64,000 nucleotides of DNA from Pocillopora damicornis (Eukaryota): NCBI RefSeq assembly GCF_003704095.1, contig NW_020846693.1, positions 186,001-250,000 on the forward strand, written 5' to 3'. Numbering within the stretch: the stretch's first letter is position 1; each line of letters opens with the position of its first letter. The translations under genes were made by a program, and so were the position numbers. The notes under the pieces were generated by a model. It was given only the letters and a program-made list of their open reading frames with translations, was not told where the DNA came from and ran no database searches. Positions 47,465 to 61,439 of this stretch are shown piece after piece.

Positions 47465-50400
47465 ATGTCGGATCATTTTTACTTGTTTGCTGGTTTAGGA
47501 AGCGCTGCTGTATCAGCTTTATTCTATGGTGTGTACAAAAACAGGGAAGGTGCCATACGAAGCTTGCAGGTTCGTGCGTGTTCTATCTTGCGTTTCTGTC
47601 TATAATTCAGACCGGTTTCGCTTGAGATTTTTCTATATGATTCTTTGTAAATCAATAACATGAATGTCCTTTTATCCAAGGATTAAAATTTTTGTGATAT
47701 AGACAAAGGTTTCCTCAAGTTTTGAGACCGTACGATCTTTCCAACAACAAAAAGAACGAAAAAATGATTCGATTGCATTATGTACTTCTGAGCTTCAGGG
47801 AACTTTGACACCCCATTTAGGAATCTTATGTGTCTTTTTTTGTTACATAAGTATGTCGACACAGGTGAAGGAAATGATGGGACTCTTTGAAGTTATTCTG
47901 ACTGTGTAGGACTTTTCCTTGCCGATCAATTAGGCTACTGACCCTTACCAAGATCTCGCCCCACCACGCTTCCTTTCTTTACAATTCCAGTGTGGCCCAA
48001 GGCCTCTGTTTTACCACCGTGATCTTGATCGCTAGTCTAAAAATTTACCTATAATAATTAAGTTAGGTTACCAGGAAGAAATTTGGAAGACTGCACCCAG
48101 TTAAATCATGATGACCCTGTTGAAATTTCTCCTGGTAACATTAACTCAGCTGAATCTTAGCTCATATCTCGTCTAAATTTTAAATATGAACAGACGTCTC
48201 AAGGGTCAGCCTAATCACCAAACTAATATCTAGGGGCCATTTGGAACTGACTGAAGGTGTACATCTTCTAGCATAAAATTATGGATAAGGTATAACAATA
48301 TCACACCCCTGAATGAAACATGAAGGCCACAAGAATAAAGGAAATGATCACCAACCAAAGAAACTCTAGATTGTGAAACAAATTTTCCTAGTCAGCACTG
48401 TACGCATTCCAGTGAGGAGAATATGCACACTGATGTCAGGGTGTAAAGGGTTAATGATGGACACCCGGGACCCCATAACTTAAGTTCTGTTTTTCAATCT
48501 TGGCTAGGTCATTTTTTTGTGTTCTTGAGCCAAACACTTAACTCTGACAAAGTCTCTCCATTCAGGAGTATGAATGGGTACCACAAAACTGTGGGGGAAG
48601 CTTGTTCAATTACATTGGTATAACCTGCAATGCTTATGAATGCTTTGGTTTTATTCAGAATGCAGTAGAATTTGAAATTGGATCACAACTGAGGAATGCC
48701 CTTTTGGCCTCTGACACCCACTCAATACCTTATGGTGTTATCAGAGGAGAGACAAAGCCTCAGAAATCTAATGAGGTGATCAGAAGTTCTCATGTTGCAG
48801 ATGTTACTGGAGTCATGCAGCGTGTCAGAACACGTGAACATAAGAGTGAATGGAGTCGAACAACAAGGCTGTGGTAGGAAACAATAATGATAATGATGAT
48901 GATGATGATAATACATGTTCTTGTAAAATTGTGCAATGATGACTCACTTGATATTTTGGTGCAGCACAACATCAAAAAGCCTTGTTGATGTATTCGGTTC
49001 TTTTAATAGTTGAATTAGTTTTTTAAAACATAAACTGAACACAATTTTAAACTGTTTTCCAAACATATAAAAATCTATTTTCAAAGTGTTCAGATATTGT
49101 AATAAAGGTTAAGGTTACAAAAATGCCAAGTTGTTGTGTCCATGTGTGCCTGTTGACCACATGTTCTCTCTGCAGTAAGCATGTTTTGACATGCTTGCTG
49201 TAAAGAGAACTTGTAGTCAGTGGTAAAAGACAGAATCATGACCAAAGTTTGAGTTTTCTTAATACAGGGTGCATGCTAAATTTGAGGTTCATTTTATGCT
49301 GGTTTCACTGTACACACTGATCCAGATATTGTAATAAATGTTTAGGGTTACAGAAGGGCCAAATTTTCTTGTCCATGTATGCTGCTGACTAACATGCATA
49401 CTGCTAAGAGAACTTTTAGTCAGCAGTTAATGACAGAATCACAACCTAAGTTAGGGTTACAAAAGAGCTAAGTTTCTTTGTCCATGTGTGCTTAAAAGAC
49501 ATGCCTGCTGACTATTAACATGCTTTCTGTGAAGAGAACTTGTAGTCAGAAGACAGTACAATTCTAGAAGACAGAATCGTGACCTGAGTTTGAGTTCTCC
49601 TCATGACGACTTCAACACGGACAAAGTGGGTAATTCTGTGAACCCCACTCAAGTGGGGTTCGTGCATATGTATGAGCACTGTTACTCAGTAACGCATGAC
49701 GTATTTTACGTCATGTTCCACTGAGAGTCTTAGATGGAAGCTGTGTAGTAAAACTTGTTTGGATGCTGTCAGAGAAACTAGGATAGATCGAGAAATTCAA
49801 AGTGAACTTTGTTAAATTAATTATTATTTATTTTGTAGTTGGTGTTTTGACCATAATTTGGAAAGCTTTGTTTGCTAAGTGGATAAAGATAAAGCAGATG
49901 TTGTTTAGAAAATGGTTTTTAACTTTGAAATTCTTAAAGATTTTGTCTTTGAATGATTATGCAAATTCAAGTTTGAAATTGAAGCAAACCGTGATTTGAG
50001 CTTTTTGTTTACACAAGTTTGGGTGATATTTAAAAGTAAAAGCTGGTCTTCTTTAAGTGAAGACATTGTTCACTGAAGGGAAAGGTTTCTTCGCTTTCTT
50101 TTCCGATCCAGCAATGTTTGATCCCTGATCTCTTGTGGATCACAAATGCGGCCATTCCACTCTGCATTCCAGCTGTCAAAGGACAGAATCATTGTCTACT
50201 TCTTCAACAGCCCATGCACACCAAACTCCTCCTTCATCGACTGCTTCAGCTTTGAAGCCCACAGTTTGTGGAAGTGCCATCATGTTTTTAGTCAACTGTG
50301 CATTTAACTCATGCGATCAAAACAGGTTTGCAATCAATAAAGCTGGCCAATTTGTTTTGATGAATCTGCAAGCAGTCACAAGGATACTAAGTGGTGTCCA

Positions 50401-51261
50401 GTATCCCTGGGTAATTTTAGCATCTCATTGCACATGTGTTCATTAAAACCAGAATTCTTAATTAATTGCACACTTTGTCCATGTTGAAGTTGTAATGTAA
50501 TACAGGTGCATGCTCAATTTGGGGTTTATCTTATGCTGGTTTAACTTTTTGTATCCACTTACAGGCATGACATGGAGAGAACTATCAGCTCAGCATCATC
50601 TTCAGTTCCATTCTGTTTGTTTAGAAATGGTGACTGTGTTAATGTCATGGAACCGCTGTCAGCTGAACAACTTACCCTCAAAGTTATTCATGACAAGTTT
50701 GAACCAGTTAGTAGCTCGGTGGCAGAGTCCTTAGTACAGTGGGCCAGTGGTGACAAGACCAAAGGCTTCCAGACAATTGAACAGATGTTACCAGTTGGTA
50801 CAACTCTCACTGGAATTGGAGAAATCACACTTACTGATGATGGCATCAAGATAGGACCCCCAAAATCTGGTCTGACTTATTATCTATCTCAATTCACATT
50901 AGATGCTATTGTGAGACAGCTGCAGTCAGGAAAGAAGGTTTGGAAAATCTTGAGTGCCATCTTTGCCTTTGGAAGTGGCATATTGTTCTTGGTGTCCCTG
51001 TTTCTTTATTTCAAGAGACGGCGTGACAGGGAAGTGGAACTGGACTTGATGCGGAGAATGCGAGAGGAGGTGAATGTTTTGGGTGAGGGTGAAGTATTAG
51101 ATCAGCAAGAAGCCTGTGTTATTTGCATGGACAGACAGCGCAATGTTGTTATTTTAGACTGTGGCCATATTTGTTGCTGTATAGACTGTGCTCAACGGGT
51201 CAACAACTGCCCTGTGTGTCGCCGTGTTATTGCAAGGTTGATTCCCACATTCAATAGTTGA
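47465..51261 (+). CDS. MUL1: Mitochondrial ubiquitin ligase activator of NF-kB 1 (MUL1/GIDE), 3 exons
   Basis: Exons 47465-47569, ~48659-48873, ~50564-51261; N-terminal TM, PYGVIRG, SVPF.L, GFQTIEQML.VGT.LTGIGEI, YYLS, second TM, C-terminal RING CVIC..R.RNVVILDCGHICCC..CA.....CPVCR. Confidence 0.9.
49091..49600 (+). repeat. Three degenerate tandem copies of a 150-230-bp unit in MUL1 intron 2
   Basis: ggttaca...gtccatgt...aagagaactt.tagtcag...gacagaatc recurs at ~49110, ~49345, ~49453. Confidence 0.7.
50070..50283 (-). pseudogene. Frameshifted Tudor/MBT-like domain fragment antisense in MUL1 intron 2
   Basis: MMALPQTVGFKAEAVDEGGVWCAWAVEEVDND[frameshift]ILSFDSWNAEWNGRICDPQEIRDQTLLDRKRKRRNLSLQ*. 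Confidence 0.4.
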
Positions 51262-52363
51262 AACTGAAAGTTCTTGTCTCTACTAAGTTATTGTGATATC
51301 AAACTGAGAGTTAGTGTTAATTCACATGGATCACATGTAGGTTTAATGGTTCCAAACTCTGCTAAAATTTCCAGCACCAACCTTTAAATCACTTTCTATG
51401 GCCTTGTATTTGGCAAAACTATGGAACAAGTTTTAACCAGAAGTTTGCAGAGACTAGAAAAATCTGTATGTAGCATGTATATTGTATGTAGTACACTTCA
51501 TTGATTTCAGTGAATTTTTTTCTTTGTTTAATTTTTTTTCAAACCAGTTTGTCTTGTATTTGATATGCTATTCTGAGACAAGGGAAAGTAAGAAACAAAC
51601 TGGTTTGAAACATCTTAGAAAAAGAAAAAAAAATGTTCAACCGCTAAGTGTGCTGTTATGTTTAGAATGTTAAGGCTGAAGTATTTGCATAGAACCGAAT
51701 GAGCAATGTGGGTTGTGTAACAATAATTTAGGTGTGACAGGAATTAATAATGGAAAAGAAATAATTTAGTGGTAGTTGGAGTAAACTGACATTAGGAATT
51801 TGAACACTATCTAGATCAAAGGCTCTACATTTCATTGGTTTTTGTAGTGGTTCAAAGTGGTAGAATTGCTTTTGTTCAGTTTATTTCCTACATTTACTTG
51901 GAGTCAAGTTGTATTGTATACTAATAAAAAGAACAAAGTTAATGATTTTAGGAATATGTCCTTGAGCTGGTTTGAAACAAAACTTGTCATATTTTCTCCC
52001 ACATGAATGGCCCTATATTCCTGTGTTTCTCTTCTCACATACACCAACACTCTGATGTAAAGAACTAGGCAATGTCAAATTTGTTGTGTTTGTCATCTAA
52101 CAGAGGGTAACTTACACCAAGATTTTAGGGCCCTTTTTATATTGAGCGTTACAAAACTAAAACGAGACTAATCATAAGAATTCTAATGGTTTAGCATCTG
52201 GGAAAAATCTTTTTGTTTCTCAAAAGGATCTTCTTGGAGCTAGGTAGGTGCTCATACTCTTTANNNNNNNNNNNNNNNNNNNNNNNNNNNNNNNNNNNNN
52301 NNNNNNNNNNNNNNNNNNNNNNNNNNNNNNNNNNNNNNNNNNNNNNNNNNNNNNNNNNNNNNN

Positions 52364-52950
52364 TAATCTTTTACCTCCTGTTTTTGATCCTTACTTTAAT
52401 TCTGTTATAATACATAATTATAATAACAGATTATCTAGTAAAATGTCCTATGCTATTCCAAAAGTCAGAACAAATTATGGAATTTTCAATATAAGATTTC
52501 AGGGTTCTAAAGTCTGGAATGATATAAGTGATCACATAAAGCTTCTTCCTTTGAAAAGTTTTAAGAAAAACCTTAAGCTAATCCTTATTGAAAAATTCTA
52601 ATAATTTCCGTAGCCTTCTGTCGTTCTTTACTCTGATTTTCACAGCGTTTTTGATCTTGTTTGTATGACCTTGAATGTGCATGTCTTTGTGTGTGTGTAT
52701 ATGTCTTTGTGTGTGTGTATGTTATGTCTGTGTGTGTGTGTATGTTATGTCTGTGTGTGTGTGTGTGTGTGTGTATCTTATATCTGACCCAAATCATTGT
52801 ATTAGATAAATTACCTAAGTATAGCTGCCCTTTTCTTCTAGCCCTTATGGTTATTTGGGGCACCTAGTACTCCTCTACATCTTTTATTGATATATTCTTT
52901 TTATTATTATTGTATCATATTTGGGTATGAATAAATTGTTGTTGTTGTTA
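52364..52950 (+). mobile_element. 3' end of a non-LTR retrotransposon (LINE), 5' part in gap
   Basis: IHNYNNRLSSK.SY.IPKVRTNYGIFNIRFQGSKVWN.I...IK......FKK.LK is a typical post-RT C-terminus; 3' UTR ends AATAAA(TTG)n. Confidence 0.75.
52688..52774 (+). repeat. Interrupted (TG)n microsatellite
   Basis: Direct reading. Confidence 0.9.
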
Positions 52951-53335
52951 GTGATAAAAATTTCTCAACTTTATTGCCTTTTACAGTCTGAAATTCTGAT
53001 CTTTTTAGTTTCTATTTCTTCGGGCGACTTGACTTTTTTTTTCTGGTGACATAACCAAAATCTCGGGCAACATGACTATGGGCGAGATGACTACCCTCTG
53101 ACGTAGTTTTACCGCTTCAATAGACATTTTAGGTCATCTACATGACATAGAGGGCTTCGGTCAGCGGCTGCAGAGAAGTAATGTTTATGATAGGCGATAA
53201 GCACGATAGGCACGCTAGATATTCTGAACATAGCACGAATATGTGTCGAAAAAATCCCCATGAGATGTAGTGGATTTTCAGGAAAACTGAAGTGCAGTTA
53301 ACTCTTTGTGAGGCCGCCCCAAATGGTGCGAAAAT

Positions 53336-56300
53336 ATGCCGAAGACGTACGATGTTCGCGTGACAACTCTCGATGCAGAGTTAGAGTTTTCTGTCGAGGT
53401 TGATATGTTGACAACATTTTGAAGTTTACATGAGATCTATTAAATCTAAATTTGCTTCATTCTCTGTTAAAACTGTTCCTTTGTAAACGTATGTATTTTT
53501 TCGTCTGTATTTCCTTTAGAGGAACTGCACTGGAAAGGATCTGTTTGATCTGGTTGTGCGAACATTAGGCGTGCGAGAAACTTGGTATTTCGGTTTGCAG
53601 TTTGTAGACAAGAAAGACATCGTTACATGGTTAAAATTCAACAAGAAGGTAAGTGTGGATAAAGTAAACAATTGTTGGCCTAAAGGCGATTTGGTTGATC
53701 GAAACTGAATAGGTTTCACTTAATTCTCAGTCGCAGTTCATCAACCTTCGCCCTGGTGTACACATAAAGATAGCGAGTAACTTACGGTTAATATTTACCG
53801 GTATCTTCTATCGACTGCTCATCAACTCATAGAAACTTCCCACGTTCACGTTCAATTAGTACAGATGTGACGGGTTGAGTCACACCCTGAGTCTTTAAAA
53901 CCATTAGTTGTTTTTTAATTGTGTAACTTGATATTCACACTTTCTCACTCCCTTCTTTCGATGCAGTTCATTTAGTAATGAAAATCATTGTGATGCTCGC
54001 AGCGCTCGATAACATGTAGTTTGATAATGAAGTGACTGCTTTCAAATTAGTGGCTAGTCGCTCGACCGATTTCATGCTGAGTTAATGATATATCAAAGAA
54101 CCATATTTAAAGCCGTTTTGAATTGAGTTTAGATTTTCAGAACGATCTCAAGAGACAGAGCTTGGGCTTAAACTAGGACTAAGTGATTCCATGTACACTG
54201 CAGGTGGCCGTCACTTATGTTTATTTTTCGATTGTGTTTATCTTGTTCGAACGAGCACTTTCCACTCCTGCCCCCTGAATGGAACAAAGCCCAACTTCTG
54301 CCAACCGCCGTTCTAAAATCTATTTGTTTTAAGCATAATTCAACTGACTAAATGAAATTATTTTAAGAAAATGAGAATTATGTGATGAAGCCTTAGAAGT
54401 GTTTGGATGCATTTAAAGTAGAATTTAATTAATTTTCATACATATGGTTTTGCTTTTAGAAGGAAATTACTTCCTCTTCTGACTTGAATATTTGAAAGTA
54501 GTAATCTGTCATAAACATGCCAGTCAAAAGTCTAATAAAACTATTTGTATGTCAATGTAGCATTCGGCTTAACTTAGATTATAAATTAAAGCACTTCAAT
54601 CTGCGTTGAAAACTCCTGCCCTTATTCTCAAAGTTCTAATATTATTTTTCAATTAAATGCAGCATGCAAATTGTTATGACTTCATTTCAAAAAGACATCT
54701 GAGTTGTTTTAACTATGATTTATTGTCTAGACTTTTTGCCACGACACAAAATCTTGTCCTACATTCTAAGTCAGCTGTGTTTGCACATGGCAAAACTGAA
54801 CTCATAAGCAAGTGATGTCACTATCTCTTTGAAGCCAGCCCTTGTGACTATAATTTACAATGACAGATTCTTAAAATGAGAAACAGTGTTTGATAATAGG
54901 GAGACCTTTTTTAAAACTGATGTGACTTAACTGGTGTGATGCACTTTTAAAATACTTTTAAATTGTTTATTCATCTCAAAAGGTTTTAGATCAAGATATT
55001 CCAGTGGTGAAGGATGAACCAGTTAGCCTTAATTTTCGCATTAAGTTCTTCCCTGAGGATGTGGCAGAAGAGCTGATGCAAGAAATCACTCAGCACTTGT
55101 TTTTCTTACAAGTGAAAGAGGCCATTCTAAATATGGACATTTTCTGTCCCCCAGAGGCTTCTGTTCTGCTGGCTTCATATGCTGTGCAGGCTAAGGTAAT
55201 GATTTACCTTCACCCACTTATAGAAATATTACTGTGGGATTGTGGCATTTAAATTTCCCCAACCACTGTTTATAATGTAGTTTGAAAATACATTATTGAA
55301 GGATATGGAAAGAGTAAATAAAAAACTTTTTCAGAAAATGAAGAAATCTTTTTACTTCCCATAATTTTAAGGACACTGGCTGTGACTGTGATTTTGTCAT
55401 GTTTAAGAGTAGCTTATTGTTTAGAATGTTGACATGGTAATTAATACAACTTTTTCTTCCAGTATGGGGATTATGACAAAGAGTTCCACACACCAGGATT
55501 TCTGGCAAAAGATTTGCTGCTACCACAGAGGGTTAGTACAAATATGTCTCTTTTTGACAGGAATGGGGAGGTTTGGCCTCATGGTCAGGACAATGGATGT
55601 ATAATCTGGAATTCCAGTCCTAAAAATAATTATACTCATCAAATATAACTACTGTACTAGTGCACCCAATTCACATATGACTACTCCTGTAATTTCTTTG
55701 ACTTTCAAATTAAGTGACTTTCTTGTAAGTGATTAGTTTTTCTTAAACATTGGGCTTTTGTGGGAATTTTGGATTATGAGAACTATTTTTTTGAGTCTTG
55801 TAAACTGTTTGTGTATAGATAGGATTAAATAGTACCTGCCTAAGAACCTGCAATAATTGAAAGTTGCTTGTAAAAGATACTTCATGGTCAAGGTTACACC
55901 TTAATCATTGTTCCTCTTTTACTCTCAGGTTATTGACCAATATCAGATGACCTCAGACATGTGGGAAGAGAGAATCACCTCATGGTATGCTGAACACAAA
56001 GGAATGAGAAGGTATGTTCAATCTGATCTCAGACTTTAATCAGAAATTGGCTTTGGCAAGTTGTCTTAAACTGATTTTGCTTGTTCACTCACTCATGCTT
56101 GCCTAGTCAATCCAAGGGCAGAAAAGAAAAATTATTGCTCTGAAAGACATATAAATTGTCAAAGGTTGCCAGCAAAACCTGAGATTGGGAGCTCATTAAA
56201 GAGCGATGCATACTAAGGGTTTGGAGAAAAAATTATTTTTAAAAAGGGACTAAGATGTATTCGTGAAGGGGAGGGGGGGGGGGAATGAAAGCCACAATCA

Positions 56301-59300
56301 GAAAGACTGGAAGTATATCATATGCTGGGTGGATGAAGTTACCTTTCTCATATTTAATTTATGTGATTAGAGACGAAGCTGAGATGGAATACTTAAAGAT
56401 TGCACAAGATCTTGAGATGTATGGTGTAAGCTATTTTGAAATCAAGGTAAGCCTGTAAATAAACTATTTAGTTAGATATCAATGTTATTAGGCTATGGTA
56501 TTGAAGGACAGGAGTATTAACTGTAACTTGATGCAACATTTTTATGATTATTTGAGTAGTGAGTGACTTAAGCAAATGGTAAGAGAATGGAGAGGAATCT
56601 CCTGTGGCCTCATTGTATTGTATGTCTCTTGTTCATATCATGGCTTCTTCTGGCTTCTGCTGCAATTCTGAANNNNNNNNNNNNNNNNNNNNNNNNNNNN
56701 NNNNNNNNNNNNNNNNNNNNNNNNNNNNNNNNNNNNNNNNNNNNNNNNNNNNNNNNNNNNNNNNNNNNNNNNNNNNNNNNNNNNNNNNNNNNNNNNNNNN
56801 NNNNNNNNNNNNNNNNNNNNNNNNNNNNNNNNNNNNNNNNNNNNNNNNNNNNNNNNNNNNNNNNNNNNNNNNNNNNNNNNNNNNNNNNNNNNNNNNNNNN
56901 NNNNNNNNNNNNNNNNNNNNNNNNNNNNNNNNNNNNNNNNNNNNNNNNNNNNNNNNNNNNNNNNNNNNNNNNNNNNNNNNNNNNNNNNNNNNNNNNNNNN
57001 NNNAGCTTTTTTTTCCTCTCTCTCATTGCAGAACAGAAAAGGAACTGAACTGTGGCTTGGTATTGATGCACACTGCCTCAACATTTACGAAAAAGAAAAT
57101 AAGCTCAACCCTAAAATTTCCTTCCCATGGAATGAGACAAAGAATATCTCCTTTCATGACAAAAGGGTAAATCCCTCTTATTTGTAATTATTATATTGAA
57201 CTTGAGCAATTACCATAGCTTCCACCAAATACTGAATCTTGGATTTAAATAACCTATATCTTGGGTCCCAATAAACACATCTAGAACCTCGTGAGTTTAT
57301 TTCAACATCTCTGCTATGTTACCTTTATTACAGGGAGAGTAATTTTATTAGTAGACATTCGTTAGGATTAGAAATTTATCTAATATACACTGAGAAAACT
57401 TTGCTATTCTGCACAAAAGAGTTTAAATAGAGCTAAATTTTTTTCCAGTTTCAGATCAAACCAGCTGATAAGTCTTCACCAGATTTCATTTTCCACGCAG
57501 CAAAACTAAGAGTTAACAGAGTGGTACGTTCAAGCATGAATTACATTCAAACTGTACTTAGTATTTTTTAACAAAACTGTAAACAAACTGATTGCAATTC
57601 CCCTGAATGCAGATTCTTGACTTGTGTGTGGGTAACCATGAACTTTTCACGCGAAGGAGAAAGCCTGATACGATGGAGATACAACAGATGAGATCACTGG
57701 CCAAAGAAGAGAAAATGAGAAGACAGGTTGGTATGAAAACTGTCTTAGTGAGACATGCTTGTATTTCAGCGAGTCGTTGTCAACCTCAATTTTCTTACCG
57801 AGGGCCTTCCCTATCCTAGTGAAAAACTAAGAAGAGGAACAGATTTATTCCCAGACAGCCAGGCGCATTTTTTACTTGTATGGTGTTTGGCTAGCATGCC
57901 GGCTTGCCCCTTTTTTCAGCGATTCAACCTGCTAGTTGAATGGACGCGGAAAAGAAAATAAACTTTCCCTTTTTCTCTGAATTTGTGTTTGTATTGATAG
58001 ATAGAGAGAGACAAGCTCATGAAAGAACAGCAAGCGCGTGAAGAAATGGCGCAACAAAAGGAAGAATTGGAGAAAAGATTGACTGAATTTCAAGATGAAG
58101 CAAATCGATCTAAAGAAGCTTTGGTAAATATTTTTAACCTACAAAGTTGAAAATCTCAAAGCTGTTGTCGACTCACCTCCGAAACTGAACTGTTGAAACG
58201 AACTAAAATCATGCGACCGATGTGGATCCTTCTCTGAAATAGGGAACGGGAGTCACAAAAATGACTCTTCGGGAAAACTCATCCATCCTAGTCGCGTTTG
58301 GATCTAGTTTTGCCTCTTGTGTCCAACATACTTCTAAGACCAGCAAATGTCGGAAGCGTCTGTCTTGATAGAGCAAGAGAAATGGCCGCAAATTTACCAG
58401 ATTTTCTTTATCTGTTTCAGATTAAGTCTGAGGAAATGGGGGAATTGTTAGCAGAGAAAGCCAGAGTCGCAGAGGAAGAAGCGGCGCTGCTCGGGAAGAA
58501 AGCTTCTGACGCTGAAGAAGAAATAAAAAGACTCAGATTATGCGTTAGTAAGGTACAGGGAAGGCCTTTCCTTCAGTTAGCGGGAAAATACAAATGCCAA
58601 GTAGTTTCCTGTCTTTTTTTTTGCGGCCATTCCAGACGACCGAGCAATCCCCGATTGTCACTCAATATTTCTGACACATCAGAACTAACCTTAACACATA
58701 GATGTTTTTATCTACAGTCAGGAGACGAGCGAATCGCGATTGAAAGAAGAGCTCGTGAAGTCGCTGAAGAAAGACTGAGACGAGTCATGCAAGAGGCCGA
58801 AGCCAGGTCAGGCTCACGTGATTAACTATCTTTTCCTGATGGAGCAATTATCAAGTCAGTGTCGAGGGTCATTGAATGAGATTTAAGTACTTTAAAGGTC
58901 ACTAAAGATGTCAAAAGCCGTGGTATTGTTTCCTTGCAAGTCTTATGGTCGTTTTGCTTTCCCGTAGAGCGAGGGAAGCTTTGATGCTGAGAGAAGATTT
59001 AATGAAGTCCAGACAAGCTGAGAGGCTAGCTAAACAAAAGCTGATGGAAATGACTTCGTCTCCTGATTTTTTCTCTGTAAGTGGAAGAAAGCTTGTTGTG
59101 TTTGGATGCATTCATAATCCGGTTTTACCCTCCCTAAGGCCTTTTCAGAGTCAGGGCGCGGTGGTCCAAGTATTAGCTCGCTAAAACTTCGATCGAGAGG
59201 GGTGGGTCCAAGTCTCAGCTGGGTCTGCGTGTTATATTCTTTCACCGGATCTCTCTCCACCCATCCACCCAGGAGAGACAAATAGTTACCATCAAACATT

Positions 59301-61439
59301 ATCATGGAAACCTGAAGAATTGCTGTGATATTGACCAGCATCCCATTCAGAGTGAGTGTCGATACCCTAGTCGCCTCGTGATATGGAAACCGGGTTCAGC
59401 TTCGTTAGGAATGGGTTTAAGTTCCTAAGACATCTTAAATTCTGCTATGATTTGCTGCCAGCGCTAACAGCATATTATCCTCTATTTGCGCAAATCTTGT
59501 TTTCAGTTTTGTAACATTAGTGCCGTATTTTTCAGAGGTACGGGGATCCAAGGGAAATAATAGCCGACATTGACCGCAGTGTTGAGCAGTTAACAGATGG
59601 CGAGGTTTCTCAGCTTTCACGAGATTACGAGAGAGAGAGGTAATCGTTAATTTTGTTATCTCTTGAAATGAGCGTTATTCTTTCATAAGCCCAGTACCAG
59701 TGTATATTCATTTTTAAGGTGGATCGCGGATGCTTTTAGTGTGCTGCTTTGAAGAATTAGTATCACGACTTCTATGAAGAAAGAGTGCATAATTTTATAG
59801 ATATATGTAGTAGTCACTTATGATCATTGATTAGGAACCAAAAGTATTTTGAGAAGATATTTCTTGAGAGAATTACTCACTCGATTGTTTGAGTGTTAGT
59901 AAACAACTATAATATTTAGTGTGGTGAAATTCCTTTTTATTTTTCTTTCCCAGAAACAGAAATATACAGCAGCAGTTAAGAGATCTCAAATCACAAATGG
60001 AGGTACAGAAGGTTTTACTTACATTCCATCAACTCATTAATTTAAGCTGAATGCCACACTTCCTAGAAAGTTTGATCGTGTAGTCTAGTCGTCGTCCGGG
60101 TTAAAGTAACCACGAGAAGGATTGTTTTCGGTAGCAGTGACTGACTTTGGCTGGTACTTATGAGTTTAATTGCGCCTGTATAGTTTGTCCGCAGACTTTA
60201 GAACAATTATTGCGAGGTTATCCTGCGTGGCAGGACTCTTTAGCCTGACGGCGGAGACGCGCACTCCACTTCGTGTTAGCAGCACTGCTCTACTTAACTC
60301 AGTCACAGCTACTTTTCTGAGATGTTGCCAAGTGGCCCGCCCGTGACTGTATTTGTAACTTGTAACAAATCTTTTCCAGGGACTTAAGATCGATGACAGA
60401 CAAACACGCTGGGATTACATTCATGATGAAAACATGAGACGCGGGGAAGATAAATATTCTACCTTACAAAAGGTAATGCCAACGTTTGTGCGCTTTTCGA
60501 TTGTAAGACATAAAAGCGAAAACGTATGTTAACCGCTATGGCCAATCAGAAAATAGAAAAGTATCCCAAGGAGCCAGTGAGAACTCAAAATAAGTTCAAG
60601 CAAACTACCTTAAACACTGGAAAGCGCAAGCGACTTGTTCATAACTAATTTGCGTTTTGCGTCTGATTGGTTGCGAACGTGGTGTGGGTTTTCTCGACCA
60701 ATCACGTAGCCTGGTAAAGCAGAATCAATGCAATGCCAGAGAACTCTCGACATTCAGTTGATCACTGCCCCATAGTGACGAAGTTTTGTGCCTGTGCGAA
60801 TTAAAAGTGAAGTTGTATCTTTATTGTTGTAACCCTGTTAATTCTACCACCTTCATATGGCTCGACGTTTGCCTCAATAATGGAATTAAACTTCTGGTGT
60901 TCTTATGGGTTTATAATATAGATAGATTTCTCTCGGTATTGTATACTTTAAAAACTTGTCACCTTCCTTATAAAACTTGAACAACGTTGATTGTTGACAA
61001 TGAAATGATTTCAATCGTTCGTTATTCAAAGCGGTTCAATAGAAGAAATCTGTCGAAGAGAAGCCCCCTCATTAACTTCAATACGTTAACCCTTAAACTC
61101 CTAGATCAAATTTGTATTTCTCCTTACTGTCAACCATACAATTCTTATGTTGGTTCAGAGAATTTTGTATTTAATTAACTAACTATTCCCAAATTGATAT
61201 TTTCTTTGTTCTCATCACTTATCTGGTTGATATTGTATTTATATTGTAAGGAGAAATTCTATCTTGGTCACTCATGGGAGTTAAAGGATTAATTGCGCTC
61301 CTAAAGCAGTTATCATGTCGCTGTTGTGTGGTTGTTTTACTTTAACATCATTGACTATCTCCGTTTTTTTTTCTTGTGCGTGTGCCAGATTCAAACAGGA
61401 ACTTCTACAGCAAGGATTCAATTTTTTGAAGAGTTATGA
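53336..61439 (+). CDS. NF2: Merlin (neurofibromin 2, FERM-domain protein), about 17 exons
   Basis: [18 protein letters not shown]|..[78 protein letters not shown] (merlin-type Blue box)..[30 protein letters not shown]..coiled coil..final exon 61389-61439 [16 protein letters not shown]. Confidence 0.93.
61087..61292. mobile_element. MITE bounded by TTAA with short TIRs in the last merlin intron
   Basis: ttaacccttaaactcc ... gggagttaaaggattaa; related sequence at ~1176, ~48300-48454 and ~63690-63800. Confidence 0.65.

Noticed and set aside
56587-57170. Long ORFs of 148-188 aa
   Set aside because: Artefacts of reading through N runs
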